A program made the translations under genes and the position numbers. A stretch of 64,000 bases of DNA from positions 10,726,001 through 10,790,000 of the forward strand of contig CM120643.1 of the NCBI GenBank assembly GCA_051362555.1. Direction: 5' to 3'. The notes beneath the pieces are model-generated. The model did not search any database. It saw nothing but the letters and a program-made list of their open reading frames with translations, and was not told where the DNA came from. Each line of letters opens with the position of its first letter. The first letter of the stretch is position 1. Origin of the DNA: Lingula anatina. Its lineage: Eukaryota; Animalia; Brachiopoda. This document shows, in pieces, positions 43,837 through 57,330 of the stretch.

Positions 43837-44651
43837 GTTATGTTGGTTTCAGTCTCTGTTGAGCACGTTTCCCTTGGTGTTTTTTCGTGAATGATAAAAT
43901 GATCCCTTCGAAGTCAGTCCTATTTGGATCGTTTCTTCGGATAATACCAAATGTGTCCTGTGTTCTTGACGAATGTATTTATGACAAAATATGTTATATT
44001 CCTCGATCCACACGCTTGCGCTCCAGCTCTAGTATTCTATCTCGGGAAATGTGCGCCAACAATCACTATTCTTTTGTAAATGGAGTACGGTTTGGCTTAC
44101 TTCCTCCACACAGCGCGAAACGGCAACGAGTTCACGAAGGTGGAGCTGAATAAGTTCATTAACTTTTTTCCTTTAATATTATAAAAGTCAATCAGAAGAA
44201 GTTTATGATGGAAAACAAACTTACAGATTCTAAACTCCACAAAACTCTCTGGAGAACTGGCATATTCATACCATGTATGTATATCTATAAAAGCATACTA
44301 GGTATTTTAAAAATTATTTGTATTGAAATTAAGATATTTAAAAAGTGGAAGTCTACTTATGCACATTTTCTATGTTATGTCGTCCCTCGTTTCGATCTCA
44401 CGCTCAGGTATCCTATCTTAGACTTTCCCGCCAAATCGAATATTCTCCTTATTATCGAATCATATCGCTCGATCTACACGTCACTCGATGTTTTTTATCA
44501 TTTCCAATTAAATAATTTAGTTCTGAGTGAAAGGTCAGTCACTTAAACAGTCATGTCTTCCTGTACAGTCAATATGAATACCAACATGACGTATTTTTCT
44601 TTGAGGTGTTATATTCCCGCATCGTAATGCCCTGCACCCCCCCCCCCCCCC

Positions 44652-44696
<45 letters not shown>

Positions 44697-44969
44697 CTGG
44701 AAGATAGGCCGATGCAAAGTATAAAACAATATTTAATTTCAAAACCTTGCTGTAAATAAAAAGTCAAGTGACATTATGTTGTAATCGTACGTCGTTCAAA
44801 AATCGCCGAGGGGGAGCATCGGTGCGGGGGAGTAACGATGCGAGGCCGTACACAAAGAGATACTCCTTTAAAACTATGACTTTCGGTCTAATAAAAAAAC
44901 GGATATTGTCCCGTTGAAAATCACAAAACACTGAGAAGAAATTACTGGCACTTTCCTTACACGTGCAAG

Positions 44970-45920
44970 AACCCAACCATCTAATTCTTTGAACTTGAAG
45001 TGCCCTGATACGTACGGGCTCTTACAACATGCATGTTTGCGTCCAAATTTTGCGCAGAATCTCACGTGCCACGCAAGTCCTTCTTGCGAAATTTGGCGTT
45101 TGCAGACATCCCGCAAACACGTACGGAGGATATTGGACATGTCCAAAAGATTCTACAAATAATCTGCGAATAGCGAGGCCGAAAGCGTAATTAACTTGCT
45201 TCCCTCGCAAGGAGTTTGCAAGTGAGACGTGCGTGGTCCAAGACGCACGTTGCAAGCAATGGAGGAGCAAGTGCCCTTTGCGTGTTGAGTATGGCGCACG
45301 CCCTCACAGGTAACGAGCAAAGTCGAAAGCACGACGGGAGTGCGTCGAACGTGCGTCACCCACACGCCAGGAGCATAAAAGACGTGCTCAAGACGCACGC
45401 TTGTGTCTCGACAATTAACGTCGATTGTGCAACGTGTACAACAATTTTCAAAAATTTCGAATTTTCATCAATTCAGCTTCTAATATGCCTCCAAAAGACA
45501 AGGAAAGAGGCTTAGAGAGCAGAAAAGTGAGGAGGAACAAGAAAGAAGGGGAGAGCAGGGATCAAAACTGACGTACGCCGTCTTAACGCCATCACAATCG
45601 TGTGAGGCAAGTGTGAATAAAAAGTGACGCAAAAGGGAACTGCTTTCGCCGTGCGTTGCATTCTCTTCAAAAGTGGTGAGTGCGTGCCACGCACGCAGGA
45701 AGCAAGACAAAATCAAGAAGAGTACAATTTTCACGGCCATCGCACCTTGCAAAAAGACATCTCACTACCTATAGGCCTTGCAGACTTGCGCCTTTACATT
45801 GCAAACCTTCCTCTACCTCTACGAACTCCACGGATTCTACTGCATCCAAAATTCGCAGGAGACGTACGATGCTAGAATTCGTGCGTCCGGTTGTGACCAT
45901 GGCTTAAGCGACCATGGCTT
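44970..45920. mobile_element. GC/CpG-rich insertion upstream of exon 1a, probably a non-autonomous DNA transposon
   Basis: Absent from duplicate copy B. Rich in ACGTGCG/CGCACG motifs; the right end reads GGTTGTGACCATGGCTTAA. Confidence 0.55.
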
Positions 45921-48030
45921 AAAAAAAAACACTGAAACAGACTACTATCGCACCCTGTGGCCAGAGAGTACTTTGAAGGACGTTGTTTTCTTTTTATTAA
46001 TGATGGATTGTAAAATTATCGCGTCTTCTCCAAAACTGATGCAGTACAAAACAATGTAGATTGGTAGAAATTATAGAGTATCTGTCTCAGTACAGTACCT
46101 ATCTACCTAAATTTTCAATTAGGTCATTTAAGGCCTGTAGTCTTTTTTGTATCCTTTTCGGAAATAACGATCGCGAGAATGAGCTCCACCGTTCATTTAA
46201 TTTGAAAGGGGACAGACAGCTTGTGGGTAATCAAAGATGTGGCTAAGGACCCTAGAAATTCATAACAAAAAAGGCTTTTACCATTTTAAGACGAGAGCTC
46301 CTCCTTAAAAGTCAACAATCCGGGATATTCCCGCCAAGTCGAATTTTTCTTTAAAATAATTTGTTCTTGCTCATGAATCATTGCTTTACCTATCACCGCG
46401 GTTTTTCTTCTTTGCGTTTCTCGAACGAGAAATTAACGCAATGTCTAACTGTTGTTTTCAATGAAATTATTTCATTCTAGCGATGATTTTGTACACAGTG
46501 CGAAACGAAAAATGATAGCACGGCTGCTGAAAGACCAGGGATACGTGTATTAACCTCTGATGTTCAGAAATGTATGTGTTGCGCTATCAACCCGCTCCCC
46601 TTTTTATTCCATTCGACCACCACGCCCAAACAGAGGCCGAATTTCCAGATGTTACATATACGTCCAAATATTCGGAGTATCCTTCAGTTTTAATTTTCCC
46701 CAAACAAGAATAAGGTGGAATAAACAAGAAATGCTCGTCCCGGATCTTCCTATCCTCGATGCTTTAGATATTAATTAAGTTGATTAAAACCACACACTCT
46801 TGATTGCTGTTTGTTGCCGATGAAAACTGACCTCCCCCCCCCCAAAACTTAATCTAACGCATGCTTAAATAAAATAACACTAATAACTTTCCCGAACTAG
46901 TAAGGTTTTGTCTCCAAAACTCACAAAAATAAAATTACTGTGCTAACATTCCCGACCTACTAAACCCACATGAATAAAATCACTACGATAGACCTTACCT
47001 TGCACTTGGATTCAATGTTCTCTGCCACCTTTAATTTAAATGATTTATACTATAGTTCTAAATGTTTCCCGTAACGTTTTAAAGTCTTCCTGTACATTAC
47101 AAAAGGGAATCGATATCAGGTCTTTTTATTTGACAGGTTTTATCGTTTTTTGAAAGTGTTTTGGGAAAGTAAGTAGCTTAATTTGTAGGGTACATGTAGA
47201 CAGAATAAATATGACTTTAGGACCGTTTTAAACGTGGACAATTTACCTTTTAAGTTTGAAAAATGTCTACACCACGACTATTAAGTTTCCACAGCTAGCC
47301 AGTCCGTTTTGACAAAAGGGAAATTTATAGGAGCCAAAGCTGCAAGCTTCTGAAGTAGGCCCCTAGTGACAACCACCTTACTTGCTCGAACTTCTAACTT
47401 GAAAGCAAGCAATGTCTATAAAACAGTGCATGCAATCAAGTGGCTCAACTGCCACATTCATTGGTTGGTGTCGTTGTTCACTTTAACGGCAATTTTGCGC
47501 ACAATGTATTATTCCTTAATACGTGTTGGTAGTTTGTGAGTCACAAAACTTCTCCGTAAGTCCTTTTCTAACACCATGTGTAATGGTTCTGCTCTAGGAT
47601 TCCCATTAAAAATCCTCTGTCATAGTTAGATATTATAAAGAAGTAGATTCCCAAAGACGGGGAGTAGAGATTGAGCAAGCAACGAGTACAAATTGAAAGA
47701 CTGAAACTGGCTACTGTTGTCTGTGCTGTACTTTCTCAGAGCGATTTCACTTCTAAATATTTTTGACTACGAACCTAGGGTAAATGTATAACTTATTTTC
47801 TACAGGGGTAAGCGATTTCAACGAGTGCGGTGGAATGAAAGAAACTGAACCACCTTGTCTATTTCCGTAAATGATAAAGTCAAATTCCCTGAAAAACCAT
47901 TGCGAGTAAATTAAAGTACCTCCAATCTTATCTGCTATTATGAGAGGAAGTTTTATTTATATAGGCCTATATATATATACTGGTATATTACCTTGGTAAT
48001 AACATGTTAAATTTGTGGCTGATGTTTCTT

Positions 48031-48240
48031 TCCACTCACAAAAAATTGACTGATAGTGTCATTTTTATAGCGTCACATAATAATTGCCAACGTCGCTCAA
48101 GTATCCATCTCAGTTTTTTTCACCAAATTATCGCGCCACTCGGTCGTCCACTCACAAAAAAAATTGACTGATAGTGTCATTTTTATAGCGTCATATAATG
48201 ATTGCCAACTTCGCTCAAGTATCCGTCTCAGTATTTTACC
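48031..48240. repeat. About 117-bp tandem duplication
   Basis: TCCACTCACAAAAAA..TTGACTGATAGTGTCATTTTTATAGCGTCA occurs at 48031 and 48147. Confidence 0.85.
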
Positions 48241-48539
48241 AATTTGTCGTCAAGGTGTTCCTGCTCGAGCAACACAGGGTGACTCCCGCTCTCGCCACCT
48301 ACACCAACCATTATTGGACAGAGCAAATAATTTCTTCCTGTCCTTTCATATAGCAGCTATAAATTTATTTAAAGCATGCAGCGAGAGGTCCTCATAGAAA
48401 GAAAACAAATTAAAGAAACACTTTCAGTTTCCTGGAAATTAAAAAAAAAAATGTTCACTTAATCACCAAGGCCTGGGTCTACCACCTCCGAAATGCTTTG
48501 ACAAAATTACCAAAAACCAGTTTTGGGGGTAGTGGCAAG

Positions 48540-49460
48540 CAGGGCTTTTCCCAGGATTGGGGGTACAGGCCGTCCAAAATTACCACCTGTAATTTCCTAC
48601 AATTATGTTTCAGAGAATCCAAGTATGCCTTCACCAGTCGATCATATTTAAAAAAATCCATAGGCCGTCCACCCATCTTTGCAAATATAGGCCGTCGGGT
48701 GATGCTGACAGCCGTCCAAATGAAAACCCCTGGGGGCAAGCTAAACAGCATTTAATTTATTGTTCAAAATAGCTCGGTTATGCCAGACATCAGTTTATGA
48801 TATACCTGTGTATTATAACAGCAGATCAGCTGGTCTCCTATTTCCACGTTTTTCTCCCGAACTTTTACAATCAGTTGACAACTGACGGGTGTTAGCAATA
48901 CCATAGGGCAGTGGGAAGAGAGTGGCCGTAGTTTGAATTTGATTATAACTGTTAAAAGTATATTTTGAAGGCATTTTCTAGCCTTCGGCAATTTCCGTAA
49001 TGCTTCGGCACGTGTGACAAGTGTCATGCACTGTCAATAACAATTCAGAAAAAAGCAGGATTTGCTGGCTGAGTGGTAATTTTACCTCCATCGCTTCCAA
49101 ACACAGTGGGTTCGATTCTGACTCAGTCCGATCAATTTCTTTTATTATTTTTTAATTATCATTATTATAAATACGCATTAATATAAAATTATTGTTGATA
49201 ATTCTTTTTGCACCTGAAGGCAGGGAAGGGAGGTTGGTTTTGTTTTTTTTACCGGATTTCGATTAAAAATGCACGTCACAAACAAATAAAAGATCACAAT
49301 TACCATGAAAAACTACTTAGCATCATTAACTGTATTTATTGATGTTAGACACTTTAAAAATAAATATTAATTGTTTTCATATCGTGATAAGCTTTCATAT
49401 TGCATTAGATGTGCCATTGTTTTGTGTAATTGTGTTGTGACGCCATCAATTTAGGCAGCC
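48540..49460. mobile_element. Insertion specific to duplicate copy A (DNA-transposon fragment, with a tRNA-SINE-like head at about 49060-49130)
   Basis: Begins CAGGGCTTTTCCCAGG and is missing from copy B (63045-63050). It contains an A-box-like TGGCTGAGTGGT and a B-box-like GGGTTCGATTC. Confidence 0.45.
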
Positions 49461-50064
49461 ATCCAACAATAGTGGAGAATCCAAAGACCCGTGAAAAGTA
49501 AAGAATTGTTAACAACAGTGTTTGTAAGAAATAATCCTTGTAAGAAAAAGTTAAGTGCAATTTCTCTTGACAGTGGCTGCAAGAAATTATTTTTATTATT
49601 ATTATTTTTTTTTTCAAAAGGCCACTGGTAATAATTCATTAAAATAAATCCGTAAAGGCAGAATGCAGCGACTTAATTATTAGTATGACATTACTGATAT
49701 GAATGCCTTTTGATACAAAGACTATTTAACAATTTAAATAAAATGCACTGGTATTATCTATACATTAATGTACAATTTTATATATTTGACGAAAAAAGGA
49801 AATATTTCAGAAACAACTTCTAACACCATATAATTACAACACACTGCAGCCTCGCACATTATTAAATACATTACAAACACTGGTGCCTGTCAGCATGTTG
49901 ATCATAAAACTTGGCAGCGAGACTCGTTTTGAGATCTTTGTCAAAAATGGTTGTTATTCTGGCCTCTCTTTTTATTTATTTATTTTTTTTTTTTCTACTG
50001 CCATTCACAAGATACATATAGTAATATACATTTTCTCCTTCACTCTCCCACACTCATTCACACA

Positions 50065-50509
50065 CCCTTTTTTTTTTTTTTTTTTTTTTACATACTAATA
50101 TATATTTTTTCACTTACATTATTTTGTAAATATATCACATATATACATTTGTGGTATGTCCTGGCTCCTTTTAAGTATCATTTTGCCGTATAAAATGTGC
50201 AATAATATTCGACCTTTACATAAAACTTTCCATTTTTCCTATTCTATAGTACATAATTTTTTTCAGTTTCACAGCATATTTTTAACTCTTTTAAATATAC
50301 CTTGAAAATTTGTTGTTGTTTTTTTTAAATATGTATTGCTCGTCTAATTCTAGAATATATTATGACAAGTGGTCTACATGTATATTTAATGGTGAACTGT
50401 CTATAATTAAGAAATGTCCTATTTTCATCCATCAGGTCACGTATATATCTAATTCCTTTATTATGCCACTACTTATACAATATGCCTCTATTATCTACCT
50501 AGATGTTAC

Positions 50510-50546
<37 letters not shown>

Positions 50547-51400
50547 CCATATCTCAGTATTCAAAATGCTGTTATATTTTTCCCATTCCTTAAGTATTTA
50601 TTCTGAGTGTATAACTATATTTATCTTTTAAAACATTTTTCCAAAACACATTTTCACATTGTTTGCCCTCTGTTTACTGAATTCTGGACCTAGAGTAAAC
50701 AACACTTGCACATAACATTTTATAGCTATTTTCTTGAACATTTCACTCCATACAGCCTTTGTTATTACCATTCTCTTTATCCGAGTTAGTTTCGCTGATT
50801 TGAATAAAGCAGTAATATTTACCATGTTTATATCACCATTCTCCATCTTTTGGATTATTTGCTTTCTATTTATCTGGTTTCTTATCCCATAATAAATGTA
50901 TATTGAAGACAATGCCAAAAAAGTTGAATGGCTCTTGTGACCATAGTAAATCATATTCATTAACCCCCTTTTTTTTTTTGGTACAATTCTTTCTGGACCC
51001 AATCCAAACACGTCTTGTTTTCTTGATATTTGGCTTCAACCCAGAATATTTTGCACATTGGTCAAATAAGCTTAGTGTATTTTTTGAAGAGCCCTCAGAG
51101 CCAGCTAAAAGAAAGGCAGTATCATCAACATATTGACAAATTTTAACTTCTAAACTGTCCATCTCTATCCTCCTTATCTTTTTATTTTCTCTCACCATTA
51201 TCCCCAATATCTCTGCACAAATTGTATGAAGATATATGTTAGAACTCCCTGCCAACATCCTCGACCTATACTGAAGATTGACAAGAATATATGTATATAC
51301 CATGTTGAGTAATGCATAATTTGAAATCTTTGTTTACACATTTAATAATTTCCCTAAAATTTCTTCCAAATCTAAAGAATTCCAGAACTTTGTCTATGAA
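50065..51400 (-). mobile_element. Decayed 3' fragment of an L1/Tx1-clade non-LTR retrotransposon (RT remnant)
   Basis: Broken ORFs contain KICQYVDDTAFLL (YADD-like) and FDQCAKYSGLKPNIKKTRRVWIG, with frameshifts. A poly(A)-like run (plus-strand T run) lies at about 50068-50089. Confidence 0.8.
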
Positions 51401-51710
51401 CTTCCAGAACAACCATGTGAATCATAGAAGGCATTCACATCGAGAAGAGCCGAGGTCTAGCAAGGCCGAAACCTAAATATGGCAGACCTACATGAGAGGA
51501 AGACTGCGCAATCCTTTAATAGTCTCTCAATGAATGTGATTTTCATATAAATTTTTACAGTAGGATTCCACTTCATTTAAAATTAATTTTTGATTTGTAT
51601 TCTGGCCACTTTTGTTCTTTCTTTTCCTTCTTATTGTTTTTTTCTCACCCCCCCCTCCCAGTTGTCCTTTCTATTTTTTATTATCATTTTTTTTTTATTC
51701 GGGATGTGTA

Positions 51711-51782
<72 letters not shown>

Positions 51783-51923
51783 TAATTGGCAACCTGTTCT
51801 CCTTGGTCCCATGCTGTTTACAGCACCATGTGATTATAATAGGAGGGCTGTGTGCCAAATCTGTGACCTGTGCAACTCACATGTGGCATTGTTTGCACAG
51901 GTGTTAAAAAAATATTAGTTATA

Positions 51924-52097
51924 CAGGCCCATAGCCAGCAATTTCAAAAGGGGGGGGGGTTCTTTTTCTGAAAAGGTGGACCTTTTACCATGAAACCTTT
52001 GCATACATAGATAAATTTTTACCCAAAGGGGGGCCTTTTTTTCCCAGCAGTGTATTTTTGAACTCCCTGACTCCCCCCCCCCCCCCAATTAGGCCTG
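51924..52097 (-). mobile_element. MITE family B, copy 3 (inverted)
   Basis: Reverse orientation. Absent from the paralogous site near 41125; flanked by GTTATA/GTTGTA. Confidence 0.8.
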
Positions 52098-53090
52098 GTT
52101 GTATCTAAACATATGATGACTTAATCCTCAGTTTTATTTTATGCAACGTAATAATGAAGCTGAACTCTCAATTGCCCACATGTATCATCCTCTAGCACTC
52201 CTACTTATGTTTTTTTTTCCCTAAAATGCTGTCATGTTGTAAACTAGACTCTCCCTTCAAGAAATTGACTGAAAATGGCTTATTTTCAAATTTGAATGGG
52301 ATTGTAGAAAAAGTATGACAGCTACAGCTCTAGAATTTTGCACATAGGTGCGATATCATGTACTAGTAAACAATAAGGGTTATAACTATCAATCCAAAAG
52401 GTTGCACAGATTTTGAAATAGGACACTTTAAATGTGCAGCATATCGTAACACTAATGCCCTCATGATCTTGACTAAAACCTGGAGTCATCGTGACGTCAC
52501 TCAGTTTTATTTCTGCAGTACCGAATGCAATGTGAACAGTCATGTGGCAATTGCAGGGCTGTTAAACATAGCACTGTTTCGGGGCAACAGCTATTGCTGA
52601 TGTGAAAAACCCCACCTGGCAAATAAAAAACCAGGACATCTTGAGTTGCTCATACCAACGATTTCAAAGGATTAGGTCTACTAAAACAAATTTAAATGAA
52701 ATGTATTCATGATTTTGAATTTTTGAAAAAAAAATCCCAAACTATGACTCTCGTAGGGGGTGGAACTATATTGCAAGCCAAAAAGTTGCAAGCCTGATTT
52801 TTTTTCTTTTTTTTTTCATTTGTGGGTTAAAATATCAAGCAAATTTTATAATTTTGAAGGGATTAGTTTGCACACTGTCAAGTATGGTAACACGGTTCCC
52901 TAATTCAACAAACAATTAATCTTGGAAAAAAATGGATCTTTGGATACCTCTGTCAAACCGTCAAATTTCTTGATCTAAAAACTGTTAAGGGTTGAACATT
53001 TTATTCAAATTTAATGGAAACTAAACTGAAATCAGAATGAAACAACCAATTGAACTACATATAGCTCCAGTGAGTATTTGCATGAACAAC

Positions 53091-53256
53091 CAGGCCCGTA
53101 GCCAGGGGGGTTCGGGGGGTTCGAAAGAACCGCCCCTTTTGCTGGGAAAGGTCCACTCTGGGTAAAATTTGATCTATGTACATGAAATTTTTATGGGAAA
53201 AGGTCCAATTTTTCAGAAAAAGATTCCCCCTTTGGAAATTGCTGGCTACGGCCATG
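53091..53256 (+). mobile_element. MITE family B, copy 4
   Basis: Same TIR and body; flanked by ACAAC/ACAAC. Confidence 0.85.
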
Positions 53257-55771
53257 ACAACCTTCACCTATCCTTGATGCGTGACATGCAAAAGGCAAAC
53301 GTGTGAACAGTTCTTTATTTAAGTGTTACCCTAGAAAAAGAGTGTGGGTTTACATATTCTAATATCATTTATATATGTTGACATACATGTACATGTATTA
53401 AAAGTCTGTGTAAACAAATGCAGAGTGAACACATGAAAAAAAGTTCGACGGGCAGATAAATGTGGATCTGCTGTGGCTTGTAGCTTAACTCTAGAACAGA
53501 AAATGATGTCAGTCATTTTAAAAGGGTTATTATGCTCCATGAACATTCTGATGACAATATTTATAGAAGAAGACCTACTAAAGTAAAAAGCACTTCATGA
53601 TGTTCAGTTCAACCATCCTTTAATGAAATAGGGTTTGCCATGTACCAGGATGATGTAATACCATAACTACTAGTACTTCAATTACGTGCTGAAAGTTACC
53701 TACGCTTTTGATATACCCTATATAAGCAGATCCTGAGGAATAACGGGGGGGGGGGGGGGGGGGGGAGCTGCCCCCCCCTGGGATTTAGAATTTTCCACTC
53801 TGGTAAGGGGACACCCCCTCCCCCCTCGTCTCCGCTTACTGCCCCCCCTGGCATTTTGCTCAGGCTACGACCCTGAATAAATCTATATATTCAACAGTTA
53901 AAGCATGTAAATTTAGGTAATACCTGTCAGAAAATAATGGCTTATATGTTGTCGGATTTAGGAGGGAGAAAGGATCATTACCTTGACAATTTGGTTCTAC
54001 CCCTCATATTATATGTTATTACTTGAATAACTAGTTATTTGTAGTGAATTAAGCAATATTCAAATGCAAGATCTAGGCCTGTTTTTTTCCCCCTCAATAC
54101 TGAGGCAAAAGAGGGTTACATATCCCTATACATCCCCGCACTGATACTCCCCCTCCTTCAATTTTTTAAAACTGAAAACTTGATAAATGTTTCCTTTTCC
54201 TTACCACTGAGACAATCTACAAGACAATGTATCAAGCAGACAACATGAACAGCACACAGCAGATAGGTGGTGTCCCTGATACCCTTCCTCGATCCCCCCA
54301 CCCCACCACCACACAAACACACGCGCACACACACACACAGAGCTGAGTTTTACATTTCTGACTGTATATCCTTATTAAAGGACATAGTCACATTTTTAAT
54401 TTCACCAAAGAGATTTTATGTTATTTTTGTGATTTTGTGACAGATCAGTTTTTGGGTGTAAGAATCTAGACAAGTCGCTGTGGAAGTGATGTCCTCACGT
54501 ACTTTTATAGAAATAATATTCCAACGTATGTTTATATTTGAGTGCGTGGTAGGATTGCCTTCCAATGATTCTCACTTAAAAAAAAAAAAAGAAAAGGCAT
54601 ACGTGACAAAATTATGTTTACACTTCACTTGTATTATATAGTCTTCTGAAAATTTCAATAAAATAACTAATACTTTTTGAGCTAGAACAGAACAGGTCTT
54701 GTCTCTCTCTCTCTCTTGTTTGAGAACTATGATTTTCTTAAGCAGAAATGAACTGTTGTTGCATTGTTCTCTCTCTCCTGGCAACGCCCCTCTTTTTTAA
54801 TTGCCATTTGTTAATGTTACTTTTATTTTTTCTGGGCGTCACTTACCAATTTAAGATTTAAGTGTATCTTTGTCCTTTTATATTACCCTTTGATCAGCAC
54901 CACATATATATTGAATTAAAATATATAAGTAAAAAAATATATGGAATTGCTTACATAGTAATCTAAGTGAATCCTACGCTCATGTCACTTTTACCAATGC
55001 AAATAATATGTAAGAGATATACATGTGCCCTGATACAAATAAGAAATGGCTTTGTCAAAACGTGTAATGTTCATTCCAAAAAATTCTCCAGAAAAATTGC
55101 CTCAGCCATTCCCATAAATTTGTAAATAAATTTTTCCATGGAGAGCATTTACTGGGTTGACCCAGATACAAATCTTAGGAAAGTATCCTAAAGTATCAAT
55201 TAATTAAAGATACCAATGACACATTCTAAATTTGTGCTGCTCAGTCCATTTTATGTAAAAGAAAGAATTAAGGGGGACAGCATTATAACAGGTACCAAGA
55301 TTTTGATATAAATCATTTTAAATTTGATTTAAAATGTATTGATTATTTCCAGTAGTTGTGAAGATGTACACTGTTTACTTTTCATGCAACTTTAAGTGAT
55401 CATTTTCCATTAAAAGTCAAATTTATGCCAAGTGTTTGCTACAATTTAAACCCCCCCTACTATAGTACACTAAGTGGAAATGTGTCAAGGGCATGCATGT
55501 GAAGTGCTATATTCTAAAGTCCTCAATCTGATAATAGAAATAAACAACAAGCATGGATGCAGTACATTATGTTGAGCAGAATGGATAGAGCCAATGGGTA
55601 CTATCATTCAGAATTGTGCAGACTGTATACACGACAAATTTCCTGACAAGCCCTCATAATTAAGTCATTGCCCATGCAGCACTACAGGTGCAATAATAAT
55701 AAATATTGTCATCTTTGAAATAAGACATCTGAGAAGGTAAAAATGATTTTAACACATTGGTTTTTAATTAT

Positions 55772-57330
55772 AACTAGAGGATCAGAGAAGCGATACCGCC
55801 TCTAAGTATTGTACCACCAGCTGGAGCAAGCACATTCGTAGAAAATAAAAAAAGGGACATCATGTTGTATGTGACAAGATATTTATTACAAAATCCAGTA
55901 AACATAAGTTCTCATTTTTTTGAAAACTACAATTTATAACAAAATCATGGGGAAAAGTAAAAGGTCAAATCCAAATTTGTGAAGTGCAGTTCATGGCCAA
56001 AAGGAGGTCAAAGGTCAATTTCAAGGTCACAGGAAGACTGTCAATATACATGAGTTCCTATTCAAGTTCAGTAGTATCAGTGGGCATATCCAGTTTTGGA
56101 GATGTAAGGACCGGAAAAGTTGCAAAGTTCAGCTCATGGTGAAAAGGTCAATTTGAAGGTCACAGTTAGATTGCCAGAATATGTCTTCCTAGTCAAGTCC
56201 AATAGTAACTATTGGTGTATCTTTGCCAGTTTTGGAGATATAAGGGACAGAAGCCTAGCAAAGTTCAGTTCATGGTGAAAAGTAGGTCAAAGGCCAATTT
56301 TGAGGTCACAGATTTCCAGTATATGACTTCCTATTCAAGTTCAATAGTAACTATGGGCGTATCTCTGCCAGTTTTGGAGATATAAGGGACTAAAATGTTG
56401 CAAAGTTCAGTTCATGGTGAAAAGTAGGTCAAAGGTCAATTTCAAGGTCACAATTAAATTGCCAGTATAGGACTTCCTATTCAATTTCAATAGTAACTAT
56501 GGGCCTATCTCTGCCAGTTTTGGAGATCTAAGGGACTAAAATGTTGTAATTTTGGAGTTACAGTACGTGCCATAATTTTTGTACAGAAGAAATTAATTGA
56601 AATAAAGAAAAGGTCATTTTGGCTGAAATGGGAGGTGCTCAGATATTTCAGATGTTCAAATTTAATGAAATAGTGTCATTTTTGACCAGAAGTTTTCTGC
56701 CTCAATATGCCTTATCTTTGTTATCTTTTCCAGAAGTTCTAAATTTTATCCATATTACTGTATTGCACATTTTATTTTCACCACCACAATGTATTTTTTG
56801 ATATAACGTAACTCGTAAACCATATGAAAAAAAAAAAAAAAGGAGGATACCACCTTCAGTGTTGAACTTTACAAGCTCTATCAAATGCAAAAAACAAGAG
56901 GTCTCTAGCATTAACGGTTCCAGAATTAGTTTTTTCAGTTTCAGCATATAATGGTCGCTTCTCCTGTGAAAATGCACCGATTGACCCCAAACTCACAGAG
57001 ATGAAAGATGGCCCTAAGTGTAACACCTGCCAATAATATTATAGGTTAGGTCTGTGTAGTTTCTGCAAATCTGCACAAACACTTTTATGCAGAAAAATCC
57101 CACTTTTAGAAAATTTTGGCCCATTTGACCTTGAAATAAAGGGCAAAGGTCAAATCCAAGGGCATATTTGGAATCTTCAAATATGACTTTCAGTCAGACT
57201 TCTATGGAAATTTTAGTGAATTCCTTTGGTTTGGGAGATATTTAGCATTGAGCATTCAAAAATTATGACAAAGGTGCGTTTCAACGTGCGTCACGCCCAG
57301 GCCAATGCACCGAGACAACAAAAACAAGGG
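55772..57330. mobile_element. HINE-like element with an internal satellite of about 140 bp (about 4 units, 55960-56550) rich in AGGTCA
   Basis: Starts AACTAGAGG. Tandem units read AGTTCATGGTGAAAAGTAGGTCAAAGGTCAATTTCAAGGTCACA...CCAGTTTTGGAGAT. The right boundary is uncertain. Confidence 0.6.

Noticed and set aside
44764-46059. Dense overlapping ORFs on both strands
   Set aside because: They result from the high GC of an inserted repeat, with no recognisable domain or splice structure.
49060-49130. tRNA gene
   Set aside because: A- and B-box-like motifs are present but no cloverleaf can be folded; at most a degenerate SINE head.
55960-56550. Regularly spaced repeats as a CRISPR-like array (also 30540-30960 and 19330-19530)
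   Set aside because: Whole units are homologous with no unique spacers, there are no cas genes, and the context is eukaryotic; these are satellites.
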